NCBI GenBank assembly: GCA_964549475.1
Contig: CAZJXH010000001.1
Location: forward strand, 13,356 to 52,556
Length of the DNA stretch: 39,201 nt
From: an uncultured Oscillospiraceae bacterium
Lineage (GTDB): Bacteria; Bacillota; Clostridia; Saccharofermentanales; UBA5734
Direction of reading: 5' to 3'
In this document: one piece after another, positions 24,976-34,038 of the stretch
Position numbering within the stretch: the stretch's first letter is position 1
Layout: each line of letters opens with the position of its first letter
Translations under genes and position numbers: made by a program
Notes under the pieces: generated by a model
What the model saw: only the letters and a program-made list of their open reading frames with translations
Databases searched by the model: none
What the model was told of the DNA's origin: nothing

Positions 24976-25983
24976 ATGAAAGTTACATTGAACGATATCG
25001 CAAAACAAACCGGCATTTCCAGTGCGACAATTTCCCGCGTATTGACCAATAGTGGATATGTCAAGCCCGAGACAAAAGCATTGATCGAAAACGCCTTGAT
25101 TCAGAGCGGTTATCGGCATACACCCCGCCGCAAGGCCATGCCGCAGGAAATTTCCGAAATCATCCTGGTCATCACGGGCGATATCACCAGCAATGTCTAT
25201 ACATCCAACATCAAGGGAATTACCCGGGAAATCGAAAATCTCGGATTGAAGGTCTTTATTGTCAACAGTGACTATTCCTCCGACAAAGAAGAAGAATATC
25301 TGAAGTTTGCTTTTCGAAACCATTTCGCCGGTGTGATCATGCTGAATCCGGTTGAAACGGCCGGGCTTGTTCAAGCCCTCCGGTCCTCCCATTGCCCGGT
25401 GGTCATGGTCAACCGGTATTTGCGGGCGCTTGATACGGACACGGTTTGCATCGACAACTTCCGCGGCGGGTACATGTCGACCGATTATCTGATCCAGCGG
25501 GGTCATCGAAGAATCGCCCATTTAGGCGGCCCGAAGAATTCCATCGCCTGTCAGGAACGTTTGCGCGGATACAGCGATGCCATGCAGATCGCCGGCCTGC
25601 CCATGACAGATGATTCTGTTTTTCATGGAGATCTGCAATACGAGAGCGGCCTGCAATTTGGCAGACAGATTTGCTCCATGGATAAAGGAACTCGATTCAC
25701 AGCGATATATAGTGCCAATGATATTATGGCAACCGGTCTTGTCGACGCTTTTTTCGAAGCCGGATTCTCCGTTCCGGACGATTTCAGCATCACCTGCAGT
25801 GACAACACGCTGAATGCAGTCAAGAGCAGGGTCAAGCTGACCACAGTCGCCCATGATCCGGTAGAAATGGGAATTTCCGCTGCGCAGCTTCTTTTGTCAC
25901 GGTTGGATAATCCAAATTCAAAGACAGAGAAAATCGTCTACGCGCCCATACTGACCGAGCGCAGCAGTGTGAAGCCGGTCTGA
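24976..25983 (+). CDS. LacI-family transcriptional regulator
   Basis: Start reassigned to ATG 24976 (MKVTLNDIAKQTGISSATISRVL); GHRRIAHLGG, VPDDFSI, LTTV. Confidence 0.93.
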   Translation: MKVTLNDIAKQTGISSATISRVLTNSGYVKPETKALIENALIQSGYRHTPRRKAMPQEISEIILVITGDITSNVYTSNIKGITREIENLGLKVFIVNSDYSSDKEEEYLKFAFRNHFAGVIMLNPVETAGLVQALRSSHCPVVMVNRYLRALDTDTVCIDNFRGGYMSTDYLIQRGHRRIAHLGGPKNSIACQERLRGYSDAMQIAGLPMTDDSVFHGDLQYESGLQFGRQICSMDKGTRFTAIYSANDIMATGLVDAFFEAGFSVPDDFSITCSDNTLNAVKSRVKLTTVAHDPVEMGISAAQLLLSRLDNPNSKTEKIVYAPILTERSSVKPV

Positions 25984-26048
25984 AATCGATTCAAAATCGG
26001 ACTGAAGCCGATCCGCACAGCCGGTGTCTGCAAGAAAGCGGAAATACC

Positions 26049-26090
26049 AAAAACCGCTTCCCTGGAATTTTCTCCGGGAAAGCGGTTTTT
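26049..26090. terminator. Bidirectional intrinsic terminator
   Basis: AAAAACCGCTTCCC...GGGAAAGCGGTTTTT between the convergent lacI and lipoprotein genes. Confidence 0.75.
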
Positions 26091-26147
26091 GAATAACTTG
26101 CACGTCATCTAGGAATGCTCTGCTCTTTTGGAACAGAGAAAAGATTT

Positions 26148-26630
26148 TTACTTGTTTACAAGATTGTGGTCTTTTTTCATGACCTCGACAGCATCGCTGT
26201 ATTCTTTCATCTTTGTCTGTGAGCTTTCCAGTTTTGTGGTCGCAGTCCCAAGAATCGCTTCATCGGACTTCTGGGCGGCTTCCATGATCAGTTTGAATGC
26301 TTCCAGTTGTTCTGTCACGGATGCGACCAATTTGCCATGCAATGCAACGACTTCTTCTGTGGTAGGAACGATGGCTTTTGCTGCAGCAAGCAATTGCTCC
26401 TGGGCAGGAATGACAACGTCTTTCATTGTGGTGGCAATCGTTGCGTCTGTTATGTTTTCGACTTTTGTCATATCGGTGTATTTTGTTGTCACCGTGTTTG
26501 TCAGTGTCAATACTGCCGGCAATTGATTATTGATATAATTCTTCAGGTCTTCCTGGACTGGGTCGCCGCAGCCTGCCAGTGCTGTGACACAGATGAGTAG
26601 TGCTGAAATGGTTGCAATTACTTTTTTCAT
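26148..26630 (-). CDS. Hypothetical lipoprotein, predicted helical
   Basis: GAAGGAG RBS; MKK plus hydrophobic stretch plus lipobox LAGC; amphipathic helical mature part. Confidence 0.85.
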   Translation of the reverse strand: MKKVIATISALLICVTALAGCGDPVQEDLKNYINNQLPAVLTLTNTVTTKYTDMTKVENITDATIATTMKDVVIPAQEQLLAAAKAIVPTTEEVVALHGKLVASVTEQLEAFKLIMEAAQKSDEAILGTATTKLESSQTKMKEYSDAVEVMKKDHNLVNK

Positions 26631-26894
26631 GAAAATTCTCCTTCAAAATAATATGTTCAAGGCTATCGTGCCTTAAATCCAAGGGGGTCGTGCTGCTTTT
26701 CTCTGGATTTTTCGAAACAGACGTATCTATACAAAGTCAAATTTTATTTTACCATGTTTTTTCTTTTTTTCTTTTTTATAGCACATACCGTTGTTTTTTT
26801 AGCATGAAATGTAAATATGCCGTTAAAATAATACTTTATGTCAATAACCGTGATATAATGCTGTATACACTAAAAAGGAAGATGGCATTGAAAC

Positions 26895-27632
26895 GTGAAA
26901 ATCGCATTATGTGATGATGATCTGGGTGAACTTGTAAAAGTAAAAGAATCGGTTGATCATTTTATTAGAAACAAACAATCCACTCATGAGATTACTTTGA
27001 ATATGTTTTCCAACCCGAATGATTTGCTCGATCAAATAGACAAATACGGCGGATTTGATTTGTATATTCTCGATATCATCATGCCATTTATGAATGGAAT
27101 CGATCTTGCTAAAGAAATTCAGTACAGGAATACCAGTTGTAAAATCATTTTTTTGACCTCATCCCCCGAATTCGCTGTAAATTCCTATAAAGTGGATGCC
27201 TTTTATTATTTACTCAAGCCATTTGTTTCGAATGAGCTTGATTCCCTTTTAAGCAAAGTACTTGCCCAGATGGAAAAGGATGCATCGAACAGCATCCTGA
27301 TCCGGGAACTTGGTAAAACAACAAGAATTTATATCCATACAATCCAATATGTCGAAAGCGTCGCACACACAATCTATTTCCATTTGAAAAGCATGGAAGT
27401 TCTTTCTTGTTATGGTACGATGAAAGAATTCGATGAGATTTTATTGACCGAAAAGCGATTTGTTCGGTGTCACAAATCGTATATTGTGAACATGGATTTT
27501 GTCACAAGCATCTCCAGAGGGGATTTTATTCTGTCAGACAAGAAATTGATTCCGATATCGAGACAATCTTTTCAACGCGTGAAAAAAATGTATATCGACT
27601 ATTTTTTCGAGAAAGGGAACCGGCTCGCATGA
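26895..27632 (+). CDS. LytTR-family response regulator (AgrA-like)
   Basis: REC domain (IALCDDD, YILDIIMP, FLTS, YLLKP) and LytTR domain (FVRCHKSYIVNM, IPISR); extended -10 TGATATAAT at 26851-26859. Confidence 0.93.
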   Translation: MKIALCDDDLGELVKVKESVDHFIRNKQSTHEITLNMFSNPNDLLDQIDKYGGFDLYILDIIMPFMNGIDLAKEIQYRNTSCKIIFLTSSPEFAVNSYKVDAFYYLLKPFVSNELDSLLSKVLAQMEKDASNSILIRELGKTTRIYIHTIQYVESVAHTIYFHLKSMEVLSCYGTMKEFDEILLTEKRFVRCHKSYIVNMDFVTSISRGDFILSDKKLIPISRQSFQRVKKMYIDYFFEKGNRLA

Positions 27633-28900
27633 TGAATCAATATCTTCTTTACCGGTTTGCTTTTTTGTCTGTTTTGATGGTTCTTCTGATTCAGCCGAGG
27701 CACAGTATGAAAAAGTCCTTGATGATCATCACTCCGGTGATCTTTTTGATATGGGCCGCCAATACCCTTGTGGGCAATGTCACCGATATTGATTTCTTCA
27801 ACCGGATCTATCCTTTTACCATCAGCATACCAGCTTTCATTTGTTTTTATGCAGCATCAAAGCCAAGCTTTTTTAAAGTCATCTTTTCTTTCTTGACCGT
27901 ATGTAATTTTGGGATGCTGACAAGTTTCATCGGATTGCTTGGCTATTTTTTCCATCGGAGCTTTACCTTGCGCATCCTCATGGAATTAACCTCGGTTGTT
28001 CTGATTTTTGTTTTGGTTTTTGTATTTTTTCGCAAACCATATCTTAAAATCATGAACACCCTCAAAAAAGGATGGGCCCTGCTATCTTCTTTCCCTTTAT
28101 TGCTGGCAGCAGCAATGTATCTTCTTCTGTATTATCCGACCGAATTCTATACACGGCCCGCCAGCATTCCGGTGATCCTTCTGATCTTTGCACTGATGTT
28201 CGCCTTCTATGCCATTGTTTATCGCAATTTCGAAAACATCACTGAATTGTATCAATTCAAACACAACAGAGAGATGATTCTTGTTCAAACGGATCTTCAG
28301 AAAAAAGAATATGAAGCTATTCTCGACAAGATAAAAGCCACACAGATCTATCGGCATGATATGAGACACCATATCAATCTTATAAACGCCTTTTTAGCGG
28401 ACAATAATATCGATGAAGCAAATAAATATCTGGTTAAACTGGATAATAATCTGAAACATACCGTTATCCGGCAATATTGTGAGAATTATGTGATCAATGT
28501 GATTTTATCGTCCTATATCGGCAGAGCCGAGGCGGAACATATCGAAGTAGAATGCAGAGTCGCTCTTCCGAACGATATTCAGATAGATCCGCTCGAACTG
28601 GGGCTTGTTTTTACAAATGCAATTGAAAATGCCATAAATGCCTGTAAAAAAATAGAAGCGCCGGGCAAGAGAAAAATAACAATCGCCTGCAAGGGGAGTG
28701 TCGGACAGATTCACATTCAAATCAGCAATCCTTTTGTCGGAAATATTCAATTTGACGGAGAATATCCTGTCTCGGATAATACGGACCACGGTTTCGGAAC
28801 ACACAGCATCGGTGCCATTGCAGAGAAATACAAGGGCATCTTTTCTTTTACTGAGCAAGATGGCATTTTTAAAACAACGGTCATTTTAAACAATGAATAG
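27629..28900 (+). CDS. Membrane GHKL sensor histidine kinase (AgrC-like)
   Basis: About 6 TM segments, H-box RHDMRHH, N-box NAIENAINA, G-box HGFGT. Start reassigned to the ATGA overlap with the regulator stop at 27629. Confidence 0.92.
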   Translation: MMNQYLLYRFAFLSVLMVLLIQPRHSMKKSLMIITPVIFLIWAANTLVGNVTDIDFFNRIYPFTISIPAFICFYAASKPSFFKVIFSFLTVCNFGMLTSFIGLLGYFFHRSFTLRILMELTSVVLIFVLVFVFFRKPYLKIMNTLKKGWALLSSFPLLLAAAMYLLLYYPTEFYTRPASIPVILLIFALMFAFYAIVYRNFENITELYQFKHNREMILVQTDLQKKEYEAILDKIKATQIYRHDMRHHINLINAFLADNNIDEANKYLVKLDNNLKHTVIRQYCENYVINVILSSYIGRAEAEHIEVECRVALPNDIQIDPLELGLVFTNAIENAINACKKIEAPGKRKITIACKGSVGQIHIQISNPFVGNIQFDGEYPVSDNTDHGFGTHSIGAIAEKYKGIFSFTEQDGIFKTTVILNNE

Positions 28901-28920
28901 GTCCGGTTCTACCCGGATCA

Positions 28921-29652
28921 TCATCTTAACTCTTTGGTATGCAATCCGGAGCAGGAAACCGGCTCTCCTCCGGCATACAAATGCGCGGTGTCTCCGACTC
29001 CGGTCAGGCGTCCGATAGCGACTGGAGCGTCCAGATGCTTTTCCATGAAGACTGTCGTGATTGATGCGGGAGGAAGGAAAATAGTCTGCCAGACAACCGG
29101 GAGGGCCAGTCCGGTGATGTGGGCGATCAATGAATTTCCCAATCCCAAATGGCAAAAGAACACAATTGTCTCTGTGCTGTTTTCGTACCCTTCCTGAATG
29201 CGGTAATATCCATCCTTTTTTATAAATCCATGTTCTTCGATCAATGTGTCGAATTTTGCACCGATATGGTCATACATCGCCACGATACCGGCATCTTTGT
29301 AAATATCAGCATCGCGCCATTTGACGGGATCATAGACATTCTGGATTCTTGTCCAGATTTCCGGCGGCATGTCCCATGGAATGACTGTCTTTTCAAAAAG
29401 CTTTGTTGCGTAGGCTTTTTTTAGCGGGACCGGGAATTCCTGCAGCCAGTCCAGCGTGACACCGGTCTTCTCCAGTTTTTTAAGTGTGGGCGCAGCGGTC
29501 AATTGCGCTCTTCCAAGGGGGGAGAGATAGATCTGAGTGATATTTTCGTTCACCAGTCTCCGGCTCAGGAGCTCGGCTTCCCTTTTTCCTTTCTCGGTGA
29601 GAGAATCGGTTGGATAATATGGATCGCCATGTCTTATGATCAGTATTCGCAT
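28921..29652 (-). CDS. Histidine phosphatase / phosphoglycerate mutase-family protein
   Basis: RHG motif (IIRHGDP), SPLGRA, LQEF, FCH. Start reassigned to ATG 29652 behind AAGAGG. Confidence 0.88.
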   Translation of the reverse strand: MRILIIRHGDPYYPTDSLTEKGKREAELLSRRLVNENITQIYLSPLGRAQLTAAPTLKKLEKTGVTLDWLQEFPVPLKKAYATKLFEKTVIPWDMPPEIWTRIQNVYDPVKWRDADIYKDAGIVAMYDHIGAKFDTLIEEHGFIKKDGYYRIQEGYENSTETIVFFCHLGLGNSLIAHITGLALPVVWQTIFLPPASITTVFMEKHLDAPVAIGRLTGVGDTAHLYAGGEPVSCSGLHTKELR

Positions 29653-29790
29653 TATGAACCTCTTTTTAATATAATACATAGAATATTTTCCACTTGGACG
29701 CGACGAAGTGTGCCTGTATGCTCAAACAATCATGCTATCCATCTTGTCATGAGAAAAATGTTTATTTGGAACGGTTGTTAAGGAAAGTCG

Positions 29791-31425
29791 CTATTTCGTT
29801 GTCTGGGCTTCCACCAGCCGCCCGCCGCAATAAATTTCGCGAAGCCGCGGTTTCTCGATTTTACCGGTGGCGTTTCTTGGAACCTTGGCGAAAATAATGG
29901 TATGGGGCCGTTTATAGCGGGGCATATCCAGGCAGAATTCCTGAATATCTTCCGGTGTGCACACTGCACCGTCCTTGAGTTCGATAATCGCTGCGGCAAT
30001 TTCTCCGAGGCGTTCATCGGGAAGGCCGATCACCGCCACATCCTTTATCGCCTTATGCGCACGCAGGAAATCCTCGATCTGGACAGGATACAGATTCTCG
30101 CCTCCGGTGATGATCACATCTTTTTTACGGTCGACCAGATAGATGAATCCATCTTCGTCCATCCGGGCGATATCTCCTGTATAGAGCCATCCGTCTTTCA
30201 AGATTTCTGAAGTCGCTTTTGGATTGTTGTAATAGCACTTCATCACACCGGGTCCTTTGACAATCAATTCTCCCACCTCGCCCCGGGCGACCGGTTCGCC
30301 GTTCTCTTTGACAATGGCTGTTTCCCATAGATAGCCCGCTTTGCCGATCGCGCCGACCTTGTGGATATTCTCTACGCCCAGATGAACACAGCCCGGCCCG
30401 ATGGATTCGCTGAGGCCATAGTTGGTATCGTATTCATGCTTCGGAAACACCTTTTTCCACCGGCGGATCAGACTGGGCGGCACTGGTTGCGCGCCGATGT
30501 GCATCAGCCGCCACTGATCGAGCCGATAATCTTCCAGCTTGATATCGCCCCGTTCGAGCGCATCCAGAATGTCCTGCACCCAAGGCACGAGCAGCCAGAC
30601 AATCGTCGCTTTCTCCTCCGACACGGCTCTCAGAACCCATTCCGGTTTGACGCCCTTGAGAATAATCGCCTTGCTGCCGGACAGCAGACTGCCGAACCAG
30701 TGCATCTTCGCTCCGGTATGATAGAGAGGAGGAATGCATAAAAAGACATCGTCATGTGTCTGTGCATGATGGTTCTGCTCAGTCAGGCACGAAGAAATCA
30801 GCGCCCGGTGCGAATGCAGGATCGCTTTCGGAAATCCTGTCGTACCGGAAGAAAAATAAATCGCCGCATCATCGTCGTCCCGCAGTTCGACTGCCGGTGC
30901 CGTAGAAGAGCAATAAGAAACAAGCTTGTCATAGCTGTCGGCAAAAGAGGGTTTGTTCTTGCCCACATAAAAAAACGTCTTGACTCCATGCAGATGATCG
31001 AAAACCTGCTCTACCCGTCCAATGAATTCCGGTCCGAAAATCAGGGTGTCCACTTCTGCCAGCTCAATGCAATATTTGATTTCGTCGGCGGTATAGCGGT
31101 AATTCATCGGCACAGCAAGCGCTCCGGTTTTTAATATTCCAAAGTAAACCGGAAGCCATTCCAGGCAATTCATCAGCAGAATCGCCACTTTGTCGCCTTT
31201 CTGAACCCCGCGGGTCAGTAAAAGATTGGCAAACCGATTCGATTTGATGTCGAATTCTTTCCATGTCATCTCCCGGCGGTATTTCTCGGTTGAACTTGTC
31301 TCAATCAGGTTATACTCCCGCCATGTGACAATGTGATCCGGCTGATTGGCCGGATTGATTTCAACCAGGCTTACTTCCGAGGGATAAAGCTTTGCATTTT
31401 TTTCAAGAAAATCCGTAATGGCCAT
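29791..31425 (-). CDS. Class I adenylate-forming acyl-CoA ligase (AMP-binding)
   Basis: YFSSGTTGFPKA, NYGLSE, WLYTGD, DRKKD, PRNATGKI. Start reassigned to ATG 31425 (MAITDF); the ORF-track extension runs through the T-box terminator. Confidence 0.93.
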   Translation of the reverse strand: MAITDFLEKNAKLYPSEVSLVEINPANQPDHIVTWREYNLIETSSTEKYRREMTWKEFDIKSNRFANLLLTRGVQKGDKVAILLMNCLEWLPVYFGILKTGALAVPMNYRYTADEIKYCIELAEVDTLIFGPEFIGRVEQVFDHLHGVKTFFYVGKNKPSFADSYDKLVSYCSSTAPAVELRDDDDAAIYFSSGTTGFPKAILHSHRALISSCLTEQNHHAQTHDDVFLCIPPLYHTGAKMHWFGSLLSGSKAIILKGVKPEWVLRAVSEEKATIVWLLVPWVQDILDALERGDIKLEDYRLDQWRLMHIGAQPVPPSLIRRWKKVFPKHEYDTNYGLSESIGPGCVHLGVENIHKVGAIGKAGYLWETAIVKENGEPVARGEVGELIVKGPGVMKCYYNNPKATSEILKDGWLYTGDIARMDEDGFIYLVDRKKDVIITGGENLYPVQIEDFLRAHKAIKDVAVIGLPDERLGEIAAAIIELKDGAVCTPEDIQEFCLDMPRYKRPHTIIFAKVPRNATGKIEKPRLREIYCGGRLVEAQTTK

Positions 31426-31483
31426 TGTTCGATATCCTTTCTTTCCCTGTGACATCATAATTATAGAAATAAAGCAAACCCAC

Positions 31484-31800
31484 AAAAAAACGTCCTCTGG
31501 CAAAACAGCCTGAAACTGCCTTGGAACAGAGGACGGATCAATCCGTGGTACCACCTCAATTTACTGCAGCTTTACAGCGTACAGACTTCTCGAGCATACA
31601 ATTGCATCATGCTCTTGCACGGTAACGGGTGCGCCGTCGCAGCCTACTTGGAAAACCGTTTGTTTTCTGTTGGGTGCGCAGCTCATGGAATGTATTCGAA
31701 ATGCCACTCCTGCTGCCTTTCACCGACCGACAGCTCTCTATAAGGAAATGGAGGCATTGCTGCTTCCGGGCATTTCTACTTGTTTCCAGTCATTGCTTTT
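31484..31800 (-). promoter_or_regulatory. T-box riboswitch leader, tyrosine (UAC) specifier, transcription-attenuation type
   Basis: Minus strand: GA motif GCAATGA, AGTA, AG box AGAGA, distal loop GGTGAAA, specifier loop GAA-TAC-A (TAC at 31694-31692), CCGTTA, T-box AATTGAGGTGGTACCACG (31561-31544), terminator CGTCCTCTG...CAGAGGACG plus T7. Confidence 0.92.
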
Positions 31801-31812
31801 AAATTTTATTTC

Positions 31813-31841
31813 ATTCTATCACGAATGATCGTTATCTTCCA
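31813..31841 (-). promoter_or_regulatory. Extended -10 promoter for the T-box leader
   Basis: TG-A-TAGAAT (-10 at 31818-31813), weak -35 17 bp upstream. Confidence 0.5.
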
Positions 31842-31927
31842 GTATTTTTTCGGAAAATGTTCCATGTTCCATGCCCCGCGTTCCATTTCTTTTCGTAAGA
31901 GATTGCCTTGGTTCTGTGTATGTTCGC

Positions 31928-31955
31928 TTGCATTTTATCACAAGTGTTTTATAAT
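31928..31955 (+). promoter_or_regulatory. sigma-A promoter of the MFS gene
   Basis: TTGCAT (31928-31933)-N16-TATAAT (31950-31955). Confidence 0.55.
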
Positions 31956-32008
31956 AAGAACCACTTGTAGTTTATCATTATAAGAATTATTACAGGAGGA
32001 TTTACTCC

Positions 32009-33313
32009 ATGCTTCGTTCGAAAAAGCCGCACGTTATTCCGAGGACCCGCTATCAGTATGGCGGCCTCCTTTTCATAATCTGCATGGTGGGGTATATGTT
32101 CCTCTATACAGGCCGCGGCGTACTTTCCACTTCGATCCCGAGCATTGTTGCCGAAGGAATATTTACAAAGCAGTCGCTCGGAGCAGTCGGAACCGTATTT
32201 TTCATTGTCTATGGCATTATGCAGACCCCGATGGGTATGCTGGCAGACCGGGTGAAGCCGCATATCATGATCACCATCGGGCTTACTGGTTCGGCTGTGT
32301 TCACGCTGCTCTCCGGTCTTTTCGCCGGTTCGTTCTGGATCTATGTTTTCTGGGGGCTCAACGGACTGATGCAGGCCTGTTACTGGCCATCGGTTGTCAA
32401 GACAGTCGCCGAGATCATGCCGGCGGAACAGCGGATACGCGGAAGTCTGAGTCTCGCCCTTTCAGGGCCGATCGGTGCGCTGGGCCTTTTTGTCACTTCA
32501 GCGATTGTATTTTCCATTACTGGCTGGCGCACGCTTTTTTTCGTTGTGGCGGTTCTGATGGCGGCAATGTCGATTGTAACCTATTTCGGGCTTGGCAAAG
32601 TATGTCGTTATTTAAAAAACAGTGAAAAGGAAGATCCGATTCTTTGTGAAGCAGCGCAGGTCAAGCAGCGCAATGTGCCAAAAGTCTCCGCCTTCAAGCT
32701 TCTTTTTCGTTCCGGCGCGGTCTTCCTCCTGATGCCGTGTATGACATTCGGGGTCATCCGCGAGGGAATCAATATGTGGTCGCCAACCCTGCTGCTCGAA
32801 CAATACAATGTCAATCCGGTCCAAGCGATGCTGCTCAGCACATGCCTCCCGATCATTGCTGCGCTCGCAGTGCCGATTGCGATATTTCTTCTGAAAAAAT
32901 CAAATGGGAGCGAGCTTAAATCTTCTATCCTGTGTCATGCCTTGACTGTTATGACAATGGGGCTGGTACTGTTTTTTGGCTCTTCGTTCGGGCCGGTCTT
33001 CTGCATTGTTCTTCTGGCCGTCGCAACTGCCATGCAGGGAGTGACCAGTGCGATCACCATGGCAATCAATGCTTATTTCGGAAAGTATAACAAGACCGGT
33101 ACGATGATCGGTCTTTTCAATATGGCGACTTTTACAGGCAATGCCATCGTCAGTTTTCTGATGGGATGGGTCTCGCAGCATTTCGGCTGGGGCAGCGCGC
33201 TATGGATCTGGATGGTGGCGGCAGTCGTCGGGCTTATTTTTACCATGATCGGGCGTCCCCGCTGGGAGCGTTTCAAAAAGCGGACATCCTCCAATCCGGC
33301 TGATATTGGCTGA
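32009..33313 (+). CDS. MFS transporter (GlpT/UhpC-like)
   Basis: About 12 TM segments, motif A GMLADRV, 'WGLNGLMQACYWP'; AGGAGG RBS. Confidence 0.9.
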   Translation: MLRSKKPHVIPRTRYQYGGLLFIICMVGYMFLYTGRGVLSTSIPSIVAEGIFTKQSLGAVGTVFFIVYGIMQTPMGMLADRVKPHIMITIGLTGSAVFTLLSGLFAGSFWIYVFWGLNGLMQACYWPSVVKTVAEIMPAEQRIRGSLSLALSGPIGALGLFVTSAIVFSITGWRTLFFVVAVLMAAMSIVTYFGLGKVCRYLKNSEKEDPILCEAAQVKQRNVPKVSAFKLLFRSGAVFLLMPCMTFGVIREGINMWSPTLLLEQYNVNPVQAMLLSTCLPIIAALAVPIAIFLLKKSNGSELKSSILCHALTVMTMGLVLFFGSSFGPVFCIVLLAVATAMQGVTSAITMAINAYFGKYNKTGTMIGLFNMATFTGNAIVSFLMGWVSQHFGWGSALWIWMVAAVVGLIFTMIGRPRWERFKKRTSSNPADIG

Positions 33314-33326
33314 TATTGGCTGATAT
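33298..33326. repeat. 10-bp tandem repeat GGCTGATATT x ~3
   Basis: GGCTGATATT GGCTGATATT GGCTGATAT spanning the MFS stop codon. Confidence 0.85.
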
Positions 33327-33342
33327 CTGAAACCGCCCGGAT

Positions 33343-34038
33343 TTATTCGACCATCCGGTATCCTACGCCGACTTCTGTCAATATATAGTTCGGTTCTGCC
33401 GGGTTTTCCTCGATTTTACGCCGGATGTTCGCCATGTTCACACGCAGAGCATTCTGCTCGTTTGTATAAGGACCCCAGATTTCTTTACTGATGGAGTCGT
33501 TGGTAAGAACCTTTCCGGCGTTTTTCGCCAATAAGAGAAGAATCTTGTACTCGATCGGTGTCAAATGGATAATCTCTCCATCAACCGTTACGGTTCTTTT
33601 TATAATATCAATGGAAAGGTCTCTGATGATTATTTTTTCTGTATCGAGCGGATTATAGCTGTTTGTTTTCTGTTTATGGCGGATAGCGGTGCGAATGCGG
33701 GCCAGGAGCTCTAATGTGCCGAATGGTTTCGTGATATAGTCATCTGCGCCAAGGTCAAGTGCCTTGACCTTTTCAGATTCATTCCCCCGCGCAGTCACCA
33801 CGATAACCGGAACATCCGACCACTGGCGGATACGGGCCAGGACTTCCAGGCCATCGATATCCGGAAGTCCAAGATCCAGCAAAAGCAGATCCGGACGATA
33901 GGACGCGGTCATGGAAACCGCTTCATTTCCCTTCTGACATTTGATGACATGATATGCATTGGATGTCAGGATTGCAGAAATAAAATTGCTGATTCCGTTC
34001 TCATCTTCGACAATCAAAACAACCTGTTTGTTATCCAT
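33343..34038 (-). CDS. kdpE: Two-component response regulator KdpE
   Basis: LDLGLPDIDG, GADDYITKPF, LRVNMANIRRKIE, TEVGVGYR; overlaps the kdpD stop. Confidence 0.93.
   Translation of the reverse strand: MDNKQVVLIVEDENGISNFISAILTSNAYHVIKCQKGNEAVSMTASYRPDLLLLDLGLPDIDGLEVLARIRQWSDVPVIVVTARGNESEKVKALDLGADDYITKPFGTLELLARIRTAIRHKQKTNSYNPLDTEKIIIRDLSIDIIKRTVTVDGEIIHLTPIEYKILLLLAKNAGKVLTNDSISKEIWGPYTNEQNALRVNMANIRRKIEENPAEPNYILTEVGVGYRMVE

Noticed and set aside
26631-26740. Riboswitch in the lipoprotein leader
   Set aside because: Only two short hairpins (AATCCA/TGGATT, AAGGC/GCCTT); no recognisable aptamer consensus or expression platform.
26785-26852. LytTR direct-repeat binding sites (three CCGT-containing motifs)
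   Set aside because: Spacings of 32 and 28 bp do not fit the usual ~21-bp period, and similarity is low.
31426-31554. 43-aa N-terminal extension of the acyl-CoA ligase in the ORF track
   Set aside because: It runs through the T-box antiterminator and terminator; the real start is ATG 31425.
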